DNA of 64,000 nt, taken from assembly GCA_963813155.1 (NCBI GenBank), contig CAWEYG010000002.1:384001-448000 (forward strand), written 5' to 3'. A program made the translations under genes and the position numbers. Numbering within the stretch: position 1 is the first letter of the stretch; the number at the start of each line of letters is the position of its first letter. Of the stretch, positions 48,655-60,124 are shown in pieces. The notes beneath the pieces are model-generated. The model did not search any database, was not told the origin of the DNA, and saw only the letters and a program-made list of their open reading frames with translations. The DNA comes from an uncultured Acidobacteriota bacterium. GTDB lineage: Bacteria; Acidobacteriota; Thermoanaerobaculia; UBA5066; DATFVB01.

Positions 48655-50525
48655 ATGGCCGATCCCATCAGCTCCGTGACCGGTACCAAAGGCGGCCTCG
48701 CCGTCGCTCCCTCGCTGGAGCCTTCGATCGAGACCGCTCGGACGCCGCCCCGGACCCCGACCGTCGACCGGAGGGTCGTCGTCCTCAGCGTCTGGGCGAT
48801 TCTGATCGGGTTGGGCGCCGGCCTTGTGGCACGAGCTCTCGTGCTGCTGATCGGTTTCATCACGAACGTCTCGTTCTACCACCGGCTCTCCTTCTCGTTC
48901 GCCTCGCCGGCCGGCAACAAACTCGGCGCCTGGGTCATCCTCGTTCCGGTCATCGGAGGCCTCGATCGTCGGTTTCATGGCCCGTTACGGCTCGCAAGGC
49001 GATTCGCGGACACGGGATTCCCGAAGCGATGGAACAGGTCCTGCTCAACAAGAGCCGGATCTCGCCGCGGGTGACGTTTCTGAAACCGCTCTCCGCCGCG
49101 ATCGCGATCGGAACCGGCGGCCCTTTCGGGGCCGAAGGCCCGATCATCGCGACCGGCGGCGCGCTCGGCTCCCTGCTCGGACAGCTCCTCGAGACGACCG
49201 CGGTCGAGCGCAAGACGCTCCTCGCCGCCGGCGCCGCCGCGCGGGATGGCGGCGACGTTCGGAAGCCCCGTTTCGGCGGTGCTCCTCGCCATCGAACTGC
49301 TCCTCTTCGAGTTCCGCTCCGCGATCCCTCGTGCCGGTGCGCTGGCGCAAGCGCGGCGGCGACGGGCATGCGCTTCTTTTCGTCGGAACGGACCCCGTCT
49401 TCGCGATGTCCGAGCTGTCGACAGCCGAGGCGGCGTCGCCCTCGCGCTCTACGTCGCCCTCGGCGCGATCATCGGCGTCGTCGCCGTCGCTGTGACTCGG
49501 GCCGTCTATTCGTCGAAGATGCGTTCGAGCAGCTCCCGATTCACTGGATGTGGTGGCCGGCGATCGGCGCCGTCGCGGTCGGCGTCGTGGGATGGATTCT
49601 TGCCCCGCACGCTCGGCGTCGGCTACGACAACATCGACACGATTCTCTCGGCTCGCCTCACCGTCGAGGCTCTCGCGCTGCTCGGAGCGCTGAAGTTCCT
49701 CTCCTGGTCGATCTCGCTCGGCAGCGGAACGTCCGGCGGGACGCTTGCGCCGCTCTTCACGATCGGCGGCGCGATCGGCGCCCTGCTCGGCGAATGGCCT
49801 GCGCGCGCTGCTGCCGTCCGCGGGGATCGACGTTCGCATCGCCGCGCTCGTCGGAATGGCGGCGATCTTCGCGGGCGCGTCGCGGGCGCTTCTGACATCG
49901 GTCGTCTTCGCGTTCGAGACGACGCTCCAGCCGCTCGGCTTGCTGCCGCTCCTGGGCGGCTGCACGGCCTCGTTCCTCGTGTCTTCGCTGCTGATGCGGG
50001 ACAACGATCATGACCGAAAAGATTTCGCGGCGCGGAGTCCGCGTGCCGGCCGACTACGAAGCGGATTTCCTCGGGCAGGTGCTCGTCCGCGACGCCTGCT
50101 CCCGAGACATCGTCTCTCTGAGCACGGAACAGACGCTCGACGAGACCCGAAGTTGGATCGCGTCGGGAGCCCCGGGGACTTCCCATCAGGGTTATCCCGT
50201 CGTCGACCGGAACGGAACGCTCGCGGGAGTGCTGACCCGGCGGATCCTGCTCGATCCGAAACATGACGGCTCGAGAAGTCTTCGCGAGCTGCTGACGCGG
50301 CCCCCGGCCGCGGTCTTCGATGACTCGACGCTCCGGGAGGCCGCCGATCACATGGTCGGCGAGGACGTCGGCCGGCTTCCCGTCGTCGCTCGGGATCAGC
50401 CTTCCCGCGTCATCGGTTTCATCACCCGGGGCGACCTCCTCGCCGCGCACCGGGGGAGGCTCGACGCCTCCTCGAAACCGGAACGCGCGATCGCGTGGAC
50501 CCGAAAGGCCGCTCCGAAGGCCTGA
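48655..50525 (+). CDS. CLC-family chloride channel/transporter with CBS pair, many frameshifts
   Basis: [29 protein letters not shown]; C-terminal CBS (GYPVVD, RLPVV, ITRGDLL). Confidence 0.88.
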
Positions 50526-50532
50526 TCCTCCG

Positions 50533-52477
50533 ATGGCAAGGCGACTCTCGAGCCCGATCCCTCTCCGGACGAGCCTTCTCGGAGCCTCCGCGTTTCTCGT
50601 ACTGACTGGCTGCGCATCCCGGCCGGCGGCTCCGACTCTCGAGGAGTACACGCGGGGCGCCTCGCCGATCGCGGAGGAAGCGGCCCGCCTTTCGAGAGCG
50701 ACGCGGATTCGCCCGGGTTCCGGCGGCCCGAGAGCGGCGGCCTGCTCGACGCCGCCGAACGATGGCGGGCCGAGGCGGACGGCACGAGAGTCGAAAGCTG
50801 GATCGTCGACTTTCCCCGGAAGCCGTCCCGGGCCGCGGTGATGAGAATTCGCGTGAGCCTCGAGGGAACGCAACGGGGAGAACGCGGCGTCCGGCTCTCG
50901 GCCGACGAGCTGTTCGACCTCGACCTCTCGCGCGAGAAAACCCGGTGGACCATCGCCGGAGCGCGGGCGGTCGACACGCCCCGGATTCTCCGCGGACGGC
51001 CGCATCTGCGCGAGGTCGCGTCGGAGATCGGGCTTTCCGCGGCACTCAACGATTCGGTCGATCCCGCGGAAGCGACGAATCTCTGCATCCCCGCGACTCA
51101 CCATCATCCCGGAGTCGTGCTCGCCGACTTCGACGGCGACGGCTCGATCAACGTCGTTCTCCCGGGCGCGCATCCCCGTCTCTTTCTCAACGACGGGCAT
51201 GGACATTTTCGGGACGCGACCCCGGGCTCGGGCCGGTGACGCTTCCTCCCGGAGAAGCGGCGGGCGGCGTCGCGGCCGACCTCGACGGCGACGGGCTGCC
51301 GGAGCTCTTTCTGACGTACGCGTATTCGGATTGCCGCCTCCTCCACAACGACGGGAACGGCCGGTTCCATCGCGGATGGGCCTTCGCCGCCTCGGCGTGC
51401 GACTTCGACGGCGACGGCGACGACGACCTGTACGTCGCGAACGATTTCGGCACGAACTGTCTCTACGAAAACGTGTCCACGCCCGGTCGGCCCCGGTTCC
51501 GCGAGATCGCGAAGAAGGCCGGCGTGCTCGACGACGGCTATGGGATGGGTGTCGCGTGGGGAGACTACGACGGCGACGGCCGCTTCGATCTCCACGTCTC
51601 CGATTTCTCGTCTCCCTACCGGTGGATGATCCGGTCTCCGCTGCTGCCAATGCCGCCGGTTCCAGCTTTCGTTCAGGCCGTCGCGCGGCCGATCGTCGTT
51701 CCGATGCTGCTGCGCCGCTGCGCGGGAGACGGCCTCTACCGGAATCGCGGCGACGGAACGTTCGAGAAGACTTCCGCGAAGGCGGGAGTCGCCGAGGGGG
51801 GATGGGCGTGGGGGACCGAATTCGTCGACCTCGACGGGGACGGTTTCGAGGACCTGCTCGTCGTCAACGGAATGTGGGAGGCGTCTCCGGGCGGGAAGTG
51901 CGACGAGGTGAAGTTCTGGAACGACATGTCGGCGGAGGGGATTGCGTTTCACGACGGGTTCTGGGGCGGAATCGATTTCGGCCGCAACGGAATGGCGTCC
52001 CGGACGGCGAAGCACCTCTACCGGAACCTCGAGAACGGGAAATTCGAGGACGACGCGTACGTCGAGGGCTTCGACACGCGCGGCGACACCCGGGGGCTCG
52101 CGTTCGGCGACCTCGACGGCGACGGCGCGCCCGAGATTGTGCTCTCGACCTTTCGCGGACCCCTGCTCGTCTATCGCAACGGGTGGAACGCCGCCCGGCG
52201 CCTCACGATCCGCCTGGAGGCGACCGCCGGCCACAACCGGGACGCAGTGGGAGCCGTCGTAAGGCTCTCGGCGGCGGGAAAAACGCAGATCCGCGAGGTC
52301 CGCGCCGGCTCGTCGTTTCTCTCCTGTTCGGCGAAGGAGCTCTACTTCGGCCTCGGAAGCGCCGAGAAGGCCGATTCGATCGAGGTTCGCTGGCCGGACG
52401 GGAAACGCGAGACGCGGACCGATGTGCCGGCGGGGAGGTTTACGTGGAAAGAGGAACAGAGGGAAAACGCCCGATGA
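50533..52477 (+). CDS. CRTAC1 / FG-GAP + ASPIC-UnbV lipoprotein (frameshifts near 50720 and 51235)
   Basis: LTGC lipobox; DFDGDG repeats; NRDAVGAVV...GSSFLS...FGLG...RWPDG. Confidence 0.85.
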
Positions 52478-53220
52478 GGCTCGCTCGTCCCGGATTGCGG
52501 CCAGCCCCAGCGCCAGCTCGGCAAGTCTCTTCGACCCTCGGCCGCAGTTCGCTTTCCCTCGGAATCTCAGAGATCAGCCTGCGCCGGCGCGTTGGCCCCC
52601 GGCCGCTCCGGCCCTGGGTGGTCTTGATTTTTCTTGTGGCGGCACCCGTCTGCGCTTCCGAAAAAGCCCGCGCGTTCCGCGTCCGCGTCGGCAGCGAGTC
52701 GGTCCGCGTGATCGTCCCGAAGACGTTCGAGCCCCTTCTCCCCGGCTCGGTCTACCCGAATCGCCGAAAGCCCGCGGACGCGCGGCGGCTCCCGATCGCG
52801 ATCCTCGCGCCGGAGACCGCTCCGCCCTCGAATTCCTCCTCGAGCGGCAGTTTCTCGTCGCGGTGCGCCACTCCGCGACGGTCGAGGATCTTCTCGGGGC
52901 ACTCGCCTCCCGGCCGGAGGCGGACCCGGGCCGCGCCGCGATTTTCGTTTTTCGCGAGGCCCAGGTGCTGCCGGCCGCGATCCGCGCGATCGCGATCTTC
53001 GATCCCGATCTCCGGGTAAACCGGCCGCGGCCTTCTCTTCCCGTCGCCCTTTTCCTCCGGTCGCCGCACCTCGTTTCCCTCCGCGGAGCTTTCCCGCGAT
53101 CTGAACGGCCGCTTTCGGGACGCATGCCGTCGAGAAGTGGTACCGGGGCGAAACGGGTTTTCCGAAGCAGGCCTACCGCGACGCCGCGGAGTGGGCGGCA
53201 GACGGATCCTCTCGCGTTAG
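52474..53220 (+). CDS. Hypothetical secreted protein (frameshifted) carrying element copy B in its N-terminus
   Basis: ATGA coupling to the upstream gene; hydrophobic VVLIFLVAAPVCA; the end is inferred across frameshifts. Confidence 0.5.
52489..52611 (-). repeat. Dispersed palindromic element, copy B (123 nt, in frame)
   Basis: Core 52536-52562 identical to copy A; stems CCGGA/TCCGG, GCGGCC/GGCCGC, GCGCC/GGCGC, GTCTCT/AGAGAT. Confidence 0.85.
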
Positions 53221-53231
53221 AATCAAAGGTC

Positions 53232-56007
53232 ATGGCGGATCCGTCCCCGAAGTCTCGAAGCACTGTCCTCCAACCCTGGCAACGCCGGATCTACCAGATC
53301 CTTCTCGTGCCTCTCGGGTTGATCGCCGCCGATTCCATCTACCTCGTTTCGTTCACGAAGTACTCGTCGTTTTTCATGGCGATGTTGCTGCTGCACCTCG
53401 TGCTCGGGCTCCTGCTCTCCATACCCTTCTTCGTCTTCGCTTTCACGCACGCGCGGAAGATGATCCGAACGCGAAACGTTCGCGGCGAGAGCACGGCCGG
53501 CCTCGCGATGGCGCGTCCCTCCGCGATCATTGTCACCGTGACAGGCCTTCTCATGACCTTCAAGGGCGCGACGATCAAGAACCGGCCGATTCTATTTTGC
53601 GCACGTGTTCGCGACTCCGCTTGCGCTCATCGCCTTCGTCCTTCACCGCCGGGCGCACTCGCACCAAATGGCGTTCAAGAAGCTCTTTGCCTGGGGCGGA
53701 GGGGTGGCGGGGTTCCTCGCGGTCATGGCGCTGCTCCACCTGACCGAAAAGCCGCCGCGGCGGGTCGTCAACCGGAACGGCGACACGCAGTTCTTCCTGT
53801 CGTCGGCCGAGACGTTCGACCAGGGACTGCTCGATCCCGCGAAGCTCTCCGCGAACGGCTACTGCCAGGAGTGCCACCCGCACGAGCTACGCGCGCTGGC
53901 CGAAATCGGCCCACCTCTTCAGCTCGTTCAACAACCCCTTCTACCGGCGCTCGGTCGAGCTGATGGCCGACAAGGTCGGCCGCGAGAAGACGAAGTGGTG
54001 CGCGGGCTGCCACGACCCCGTCGTTCTCTTCTCGGGCAAGATGGGCAAGGCGACGCTGCAGAAATTCACCTACGACGACTTCGAAGCCCAGCAGGGGCTG
54101 ACGTGCATGTCGTGCCACTCGATCGCGCAGGTAAAGGACGTCGGGCAACGGCTCCTACGTCATCGAGGATCGAAGCAGTATCCGTTCGCCTTCGCGTCGA
54201 ACCGGTACCTCCACGAGGTCAACAAGCTCCTCATCCGGATGGAGCCGTCGCTCCACCGTCAGACGTTCATCAAGCCCGTCATGCGGCAGCCGGAGTTCTG
54301 CTCGACGTGCCACAAGGTCGCGCTCTTCCGCCCATGAACGACTACAACTGGCTGCGCGGCCAGGACCACTACGACTCCTGGTAGGACTCCGGCGTCTCGG
54401 GCTTCGCGGTGCGGTCCTTCTACGACCCGCCCGCGCCGAAGGCGTGCCGCGACTGCCACCTGCCGCCCTTTCCGTCCGACGAGTTCGGGAACCGCGGCGG
54501 CTTCGTCCACGACCATGCCTTCCCGGCCGCGAACACCGCCCTGCCCGCCGGCGCGGGGACGCGAGACGGCGAATCCCCCGAGAAGTTCCTGAAGGGGTCG
54601 CTCACGGCCGACCTCTTCGCGATCCGGCGCGGCGGCCAGGTGATGCCGATCGGACCGGAATCCGGCGCTCGTCCCGGCGAGACGGTCGGCGTCGAGGTCG
54701 TCGTGCGCACGCGGAAGCTCGGCCACCAGTACACGAACGGCACGGCGGACTCCAACGAGACGTGGGTCGCGTTCTCCGCTGACAACGGCGAAAGACTCGT
54801 CGACAGCGGAACGCTCGCCTCCGACGGTCGTCTCGACCGGCGGCCGACCGCCTTCGCAGCTCGTCCTCGACCACACCGGCCAGCCGATGGACCGCCGCCA
54901 GCCGCCCGAGATCCACACGGGCCTCTACAACAACGGGATCGGGCCGGGCGCCGGGGCTCGCGCGTGCGCTACGCGCTTCGGGTGCCGCGCGAGGCGCGCA
55001 GGGGCCGTGACGCTGTCGGCGGCCGTCGAACTACCGCAAGTTCTCGCGCGATTACTCGATCTTCGACGGGCGGCTCGAATGCGCCCGAGCCTTCCCGTCA
55101 CGGAGATCTCGCGAGACTCGGTGACGCTGCGGTTCAAGTTCGAGGGACTCCGGCACGGGTGTCGGCCTTCGAGATCCCGAGGGAAAGCGAACTGCGGCCA
55201 GGGTCGCGAAGGCTCGACACGCGGGGCGGAGTCCCGACCGGAAACTCGGACAAGGCGTGGCTCCGCTGGAACGACTACGGCATCGGCCTGTTCCTGCAGG
55301 GCGACCTGAAAGGCGCCGAGGCCGCCTGGGCGCAGGCGCGAGCTCCTCGCTCCGACAAGCCGGACGGACCGCTCAACCGCGCCCGCGCCCTGATCCAGGA
55401 AGGCAATCTGGCCGACGCGGAGACGGCGCTGAACGAGGCGGAGCGGCGGCGGCCCGGCTGGCCGAAGACGGCGTTCTTCCGCGCGACTCTCGAGAAAGAG
55501 CAGGGCCAGCTCGATGCTGCGCTGAAGGACATGAACCTCGTCGCCGCGAAGTTTCCGAAGGACCGCGTCTGCTGGAACCAGATCGCGCGGATCCTGTTCC
55601 TCCAGGGCAGGTACGACGACGCGCTGCGCGCGATCGAAAGCGTCTACGCGATCGACCCGGAGGACCTCTCGGCCCACTACAACGCGATGCTCTGCTTCAA
55701 GGCGCTGGGCCGAAAGCCGGAAGGGCTCGTCGAAGAGCGCTGGTACAAGTACCACAAGGACGACGAGACGGCGGGCGCGCTGATGGCCCAATTCCGCCGC
55801 GACCATCCGTTCGCGAATCGCGAGTCGCTGCCGATCCACGTCCACGACGACGCCGCGCCCGTCGCTCCGCCTCCCCCGCCGTGGATCTCGCAGATCGGGC
55901 CGAAGGGGTACGCGTACAAGGGGTACGCGCCGCAAGGCGAGAAAGTCCTCCACGACGACCGCCCGCCCATGGTCATGCCGCCGCTCGTGCCCGCGAAGTC
56001 GAAGTAA
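53232..56007 (+). CDS. Membrane-anchored multiheme cytochrome c + TPR protein (frameshifts, one in-frame TAG)
   Basis: N-terminal TMs; five CxxCH motifs (CQECH, CAGCH, CMSCH, CSTCH, CRDCH); HAFPAANTA, GTADSNETW; RWNDYGIG; TPRs. Confidence 0.85.
55144..55235 (+). repeat. Dispersed palindromic element, copy C (inside cytochrome-TPR gene)
   Basis: Core CCGAGGGAAAGCGAACTGCGGCC at 55177-55199; stems GGGACTCCG/CGGAGTCCC, GTGTCG/CGACAC, GCCTTC/GAAGGC. Confidence 0.85.
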
Positions 56008-56031
56008 GAACGCTGCTGTAAACTCCCCGCG

Positions 56032-57749
56032 ATGAAAAAGCTCGGCCGTCGCTGTCCTGTGCTTCGCGTCATTCGCCTGCCGGAAGAAGGAAGCACCGGT
56101 CGCCGCGAAAATCCAGCCCGTCGTCGAGGCGAAGGCGCCCGCCGTCCGCTTCCAGGAAATCACGAAAGAATGCGGCATCGCGTTCGTCCAGGTGAGCGGC
56201 GCGGCGGGGAAGAAATGGATGCCGGAGACGATGGGAGGCGGCGTCGCGATTTTCGACTACGACAACGACGGACGCAACGACATCCTCCTCGTCTCGTCCT
56301 CGTACTGGCCGGGCGATCCCCGGGCCGCGAGCCAGAAGAGCTCCCTCGCGCTCTACCACAACGAAGGAAACGGGCCGGACGGCGTTCCGAAATTCCGCGA
56401 CGCGACGAGAGAGGCCGGCCTCGAGCGGGTCCTGTACGGCATGGGCGCGGCGATCGGAGATTTCGACAATGACGGGTGGCCCGATCTCTACGTCACGGGG
56501 CTCGGCGAGCAGGGAGGCAACCGCCTCTTCCGCAACGACCGCGGAAAATTCGTCGACGTGACGAACGCGTCCGGCGCGGGCGACCCCGGCTGGGGAACGT
56601 CCGCCGCGTTCTTCGACTACGACGGCGACGGCCGCCTCGACCTGTTCCTCGCCCGGTACGTGGAGTGGAGCCCCGCGAAAGACATCTATTGCTCGCTCGA
56701 CGGGGCGCGAAAGTCGTACTGCACGCCCGAGCGATACGACGGAACGTCCTCGAGGCTGTTCCACAACGAGGGCAACGGCCGGTTCCGGGACGTCACGGCG
56801 GCCGCAGGCGTCGGGACGAAAAACGCGAAGGCGCTCGGCGTCGCGCCGTACGATTTCAACGGCGACGGAAAGATCGATTTCGCGGTCGCAAACGACACCG
56901 CGCCGAACAACCTCTACCGCAACAACGGCGACGGCACGTTCACGGACGTGGCCGTCGAAGCGGGCGTCGCGGTCAACGAAGCGGGCCGGTCGCGCGGAGC
57001 GATGGGAGCCGACTGGTCCGACGCGAAGACCGGGGCGCAGCGCTCGCGATCGGAAACTTTTCCAACGAGATGAAGTCGTTCTACTGGACCGACACCGGGG
57101 ACGTGTTCCTCGATCTCTCCGCTTCCTCCGGGATCGGGCGCGACTCGCTGCTCGCTCTCACGTTCGGCGTCTTCTTCTTCGACTACGACCTCGACGGACG
57201 ATCCGACCTGTTCTTCTCGAACGGGCACGTCGAAAACTCGATCCAGGACGTGCAGAAGGCCGTGTCGTACCGGGAATCGCCGACGCTCTACTGGAACGCG
57301 GGCGACGGACGGATGTCCGACGCGACGCGGGAGGCCGGGCTCGCGATCCCGATGGTCGGCCGCGGCGCGGCTTTCGGGGACCTGGACGGCGACGGAGACC
57401 TCGACGTCGTGACGGTCGAGAACGGAGGCCCGGCGCACGTCTTCCTGAACCGGCTGGACAAACCGTCCCGGAGCCTTCGCCTGCTGCTCGAAGGGAGCGG
57501 CAAGTCCAACCGCGACGCGATCGGGGCGAAGGTCACGGCGCTCGTAGGCGGAAAGCCCCAGATCCGGATCGTTTCCACGGCGAAGTCGTACGCCTCGGCC
57601 TCGGAAAAGGCGATCACGCTCGGCCTCGGCGACTCGAAGGAGGCCGATTCGGTCAAGGTCACGTGGCCCGACGGCACGACGGCCGAAGCGCTCCACGTCG
57701 GGCCCGGGAACTACCGGTGGGTCGAGGGCGGCCGCCGGAAAAGAAGTGA
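56032..57749 (+). CDS. CRTAC1 / ASPIC-UnbV protein (frameshifts)
   Basis: MPETMGGGVAIFDYDNDG, GDFDNDGWPDLY, GRGAAFGDLDGDGDLD, SNRDAIGAKV, WPDG. Confidence 0.88.
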
Positions 57750-57783
57750 GCGGACCGAGTTATGGCTGTGTTATTATGGCGCG

Positions 57784-58021
57784 ATGAAGAGGACGACGGT
57801 CATGCTGCCGTCCGAGCTCCACGAGAAGGCGGCTCGCTACGCAGCGAGACGCCGCGTCTCGTTGGGGCAGCTCGTTCGGAACTCGCTCCGAGACAGCGAT
57901 GGAGGAACCTCCGAGGAGTCCCCCCACCGGGACCCGCTGTGGGCGGACGACGAGGTGTATCGGGGAAAGACGCCACGAGACCTGGCTCGGAAACCATGAC
58001 CGGTATCTCGAGTCCGATTGA
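57784..58021 (+). CDS. RHH/CopG-type antitoxin (VapB-like)
   Basis: MKRTTVMLPSELHEKAARYAARRRVSLGQLVR...DLA..HDRYL; overlaps the PIN gene start. Confidence 0.75.
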
Positions 58022-58421
58022 TCTTCGTCGACACGGGCGCCTTTCTCGCGCGATACCTCTCAGGGGATTCGCTGCACGGCCGCGCAACTCGCGCCTGGAA
58101 AGATCTCGAAAGACGAAAACGCGGCAATCTGCACGAGCCACTTCGTGCTCGACGAAACCCTGACCCTGCTGGCCCGGCGCGCCGACTATCGGTTTGCCGC
58201 GGAGCGTGGTCGTCGTATCTACGCTTCTGGAGGCGCTGAGAATCCTGCGCGCGGACGAACGAGCGAGAAACAGGCTCTCGGATATTTCGAGAAATTCGCG
58301 GACCAGAACGTGAGCTTCACCGACTGCGTGAGCTTCGCGCTCATGATGCAGCACAGAGATCGAACGCGTGTTCACGTTCGATCGTCACTTCGCTCTAGCG
58401 GGATTCGACGTCCGGCCGTAG
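58018..58421 (+). CDS. vapC: PIN-domain toxin (VapC-like), frameshifted
   Basis: MIFVDTGAF, VLDETLT, SFTDCVSFALM, FTFDRHF..AGF. Confidence 0.85.
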
Positions 58422-58460
58422 TCGACACTTCGGTGGCAGAGCAAGGGGGTGGGCGATTAC

Positions 58461-60118
58461 ATGGTGATTGATCTAGTCTCACCTGAAGCTCGCCGAATTG
58501 AATCTGGAAATCGACGACGCGCACAAATCCTCGCTGGTGCTCACGCTCCCGCGTCCGGAGGCGTGTTGGTGGATCTTGACCGCATCAGAGCTCCTGGCAA
58601 TAAATCATTTTCGTGCTGGCCCACAGCGTTCTGCAATCGCATCAGGAGGCATCCTCGTTTACGTACTACGGATACTTTTTCTCTGGGCAAACGGTCTCCG
58701 TAACACACGTCAACAACTACCCCCACAATGGCAGCCCGATCACTTTGAAGCGGCGAGGGATCTAATTTCCGCCGCAGATGCTTACGGCGACGCAGAAGTC
58801 GTCTTCTCTCTCGCATCGAACGGAATGATCGGATTAAACGTCGAGAATGGAGTCCTCATTCCCCGCATGAGTCCTGAGGTTGATCAGCGCTACGAAGCCT
58901 ATTGTCGTCTTCATCGGTCTCGACCTGAGCGCAGGCAACCCGAGCCAGAACGTCCTGAGCGATTACTCGGCAATTCAAGCGAAGGTAAAGGAGAAACTTT
59001 CTATCATCGACGGCTGTTGGACTCTCCCACTCAACCCTCAGCTGGTTGCCGATGCAAGTGCTCTGGCATCACGTCTCGACACGGCGATGTTCCAGTAACC
59101 TCCAACGTGGCAACTCCATAGCTTTACTTTGGGAGACTACCGCCAATGCGCCATCGCACTGCAAGCAATGGCATTCCTCCGCCGATCCGTGTCGCTCATG
59201 GCCGTGACCTCTGGTGCGGACTGGCGTTTGGTAGGCGGCCTTCTGCAACTGACTTCCCGGGATGAACTGGTACAGCGCCTTCGCCGCTATACGGATCTGG
59301 CGGTTGAAACAGTGACGGCCATCGTCGACTACATGACCCTCGGCTCAGGTGACCTCGGGCCGGGTGCAAGCGACCCGGCACTTCAACCTCTTGATCCCAC
59401 TGGGCGATTCGAATCTAGCCATCTCTCCCTATCTGTTTATCGGGGTCTGACCTCGAGCGAAACCTATTGACATTGGCGAACAAGATTCCCGCCGACCGCG
59501 CGATCTATCAGAGTCTGTCGAACGAGAAACAAGCACTTAATGAATGAACAGTTTCGCTCCTCGGTTAAGGGCTTCGAGTTTTGGTCAGGGTCAATTCCCG
59601 GCCGCAAGGATCTTCCCGACGTAGATCTAGCGATCATTGATCGTCCAACAAAGAGTGTAATTCTTGCTGAGCATGAAATGGTTCTTGCCACCGGCGGAGA
59701 CGCGAGAGGGTCGGGAGAAGACCGCCGAACTGAGGAAGGGAACCGACCAACTCAAGGAAGTTGATCGCACACTCAAGCGCTGGTGAAAGATGACTCGTAG
59801 GAGTTGGGTCTGATTACGAACTGCACCCGGTCGTTGTCTCCAAGAATTGGATCGGTCACTGGGAGGCGCAGGACAACGAAATCCCGATTGTTGCAAATGG
59901 AACACCTGATCCATGAGATCAATGCAACGCACGACGCTGCACGGGTCGGTCTATGGCTCAAGGAGCGAAAGTACCTGCCGGTCGAGGGAACTGACTTCGA
60001 AATAATTTGGCGAAATCGTGACATCTTCGGCCGACACCTCCGGTGGTACGGCCTTCGCCTCCTGAGCAGCCTTAAGACGCACGCTCCTCGAGACTTCAGG
60101 GGAGTTCAAGGAGTTTAG
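58461..60118 (+). CDS. Low-GC hypothetical protein with C-terminal PD-(D/E)xK-like motif, frameshifted
   Basis: Consecutive + strand fragments; PDVDLAIID...ILAE(L)KWF once one extra base at 59673 is removed; many A/T-ending codons. Confidence 0.55.
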
Positions 60119-60124
60119 GTGGCC

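Noticed and set aside
54382-54384. In-frame TAG in the multiheme gene (DHYDSW*DSGVSG) as pyrrolysine or readthrough
   Set aside because: One substitution from CAG (Gln) in an error-rich region; no pyl genes in the window, and TAG is used as a normal stop elsewhere.
55177-55191. Element core resembles 23S rRNA CCGTGAGGGAAAGGCGAA
   Set aside because: Short, gapped similarity with no flanking rRNA homology; not supportable as an rRNA fragment or mimic.
56476-57999. Apparent CRTAC1-antitoxin fusion
   Set aside because: Read-through from an indel near 57735; a TGA at 57747 and a separate ATG at 57784 are present.
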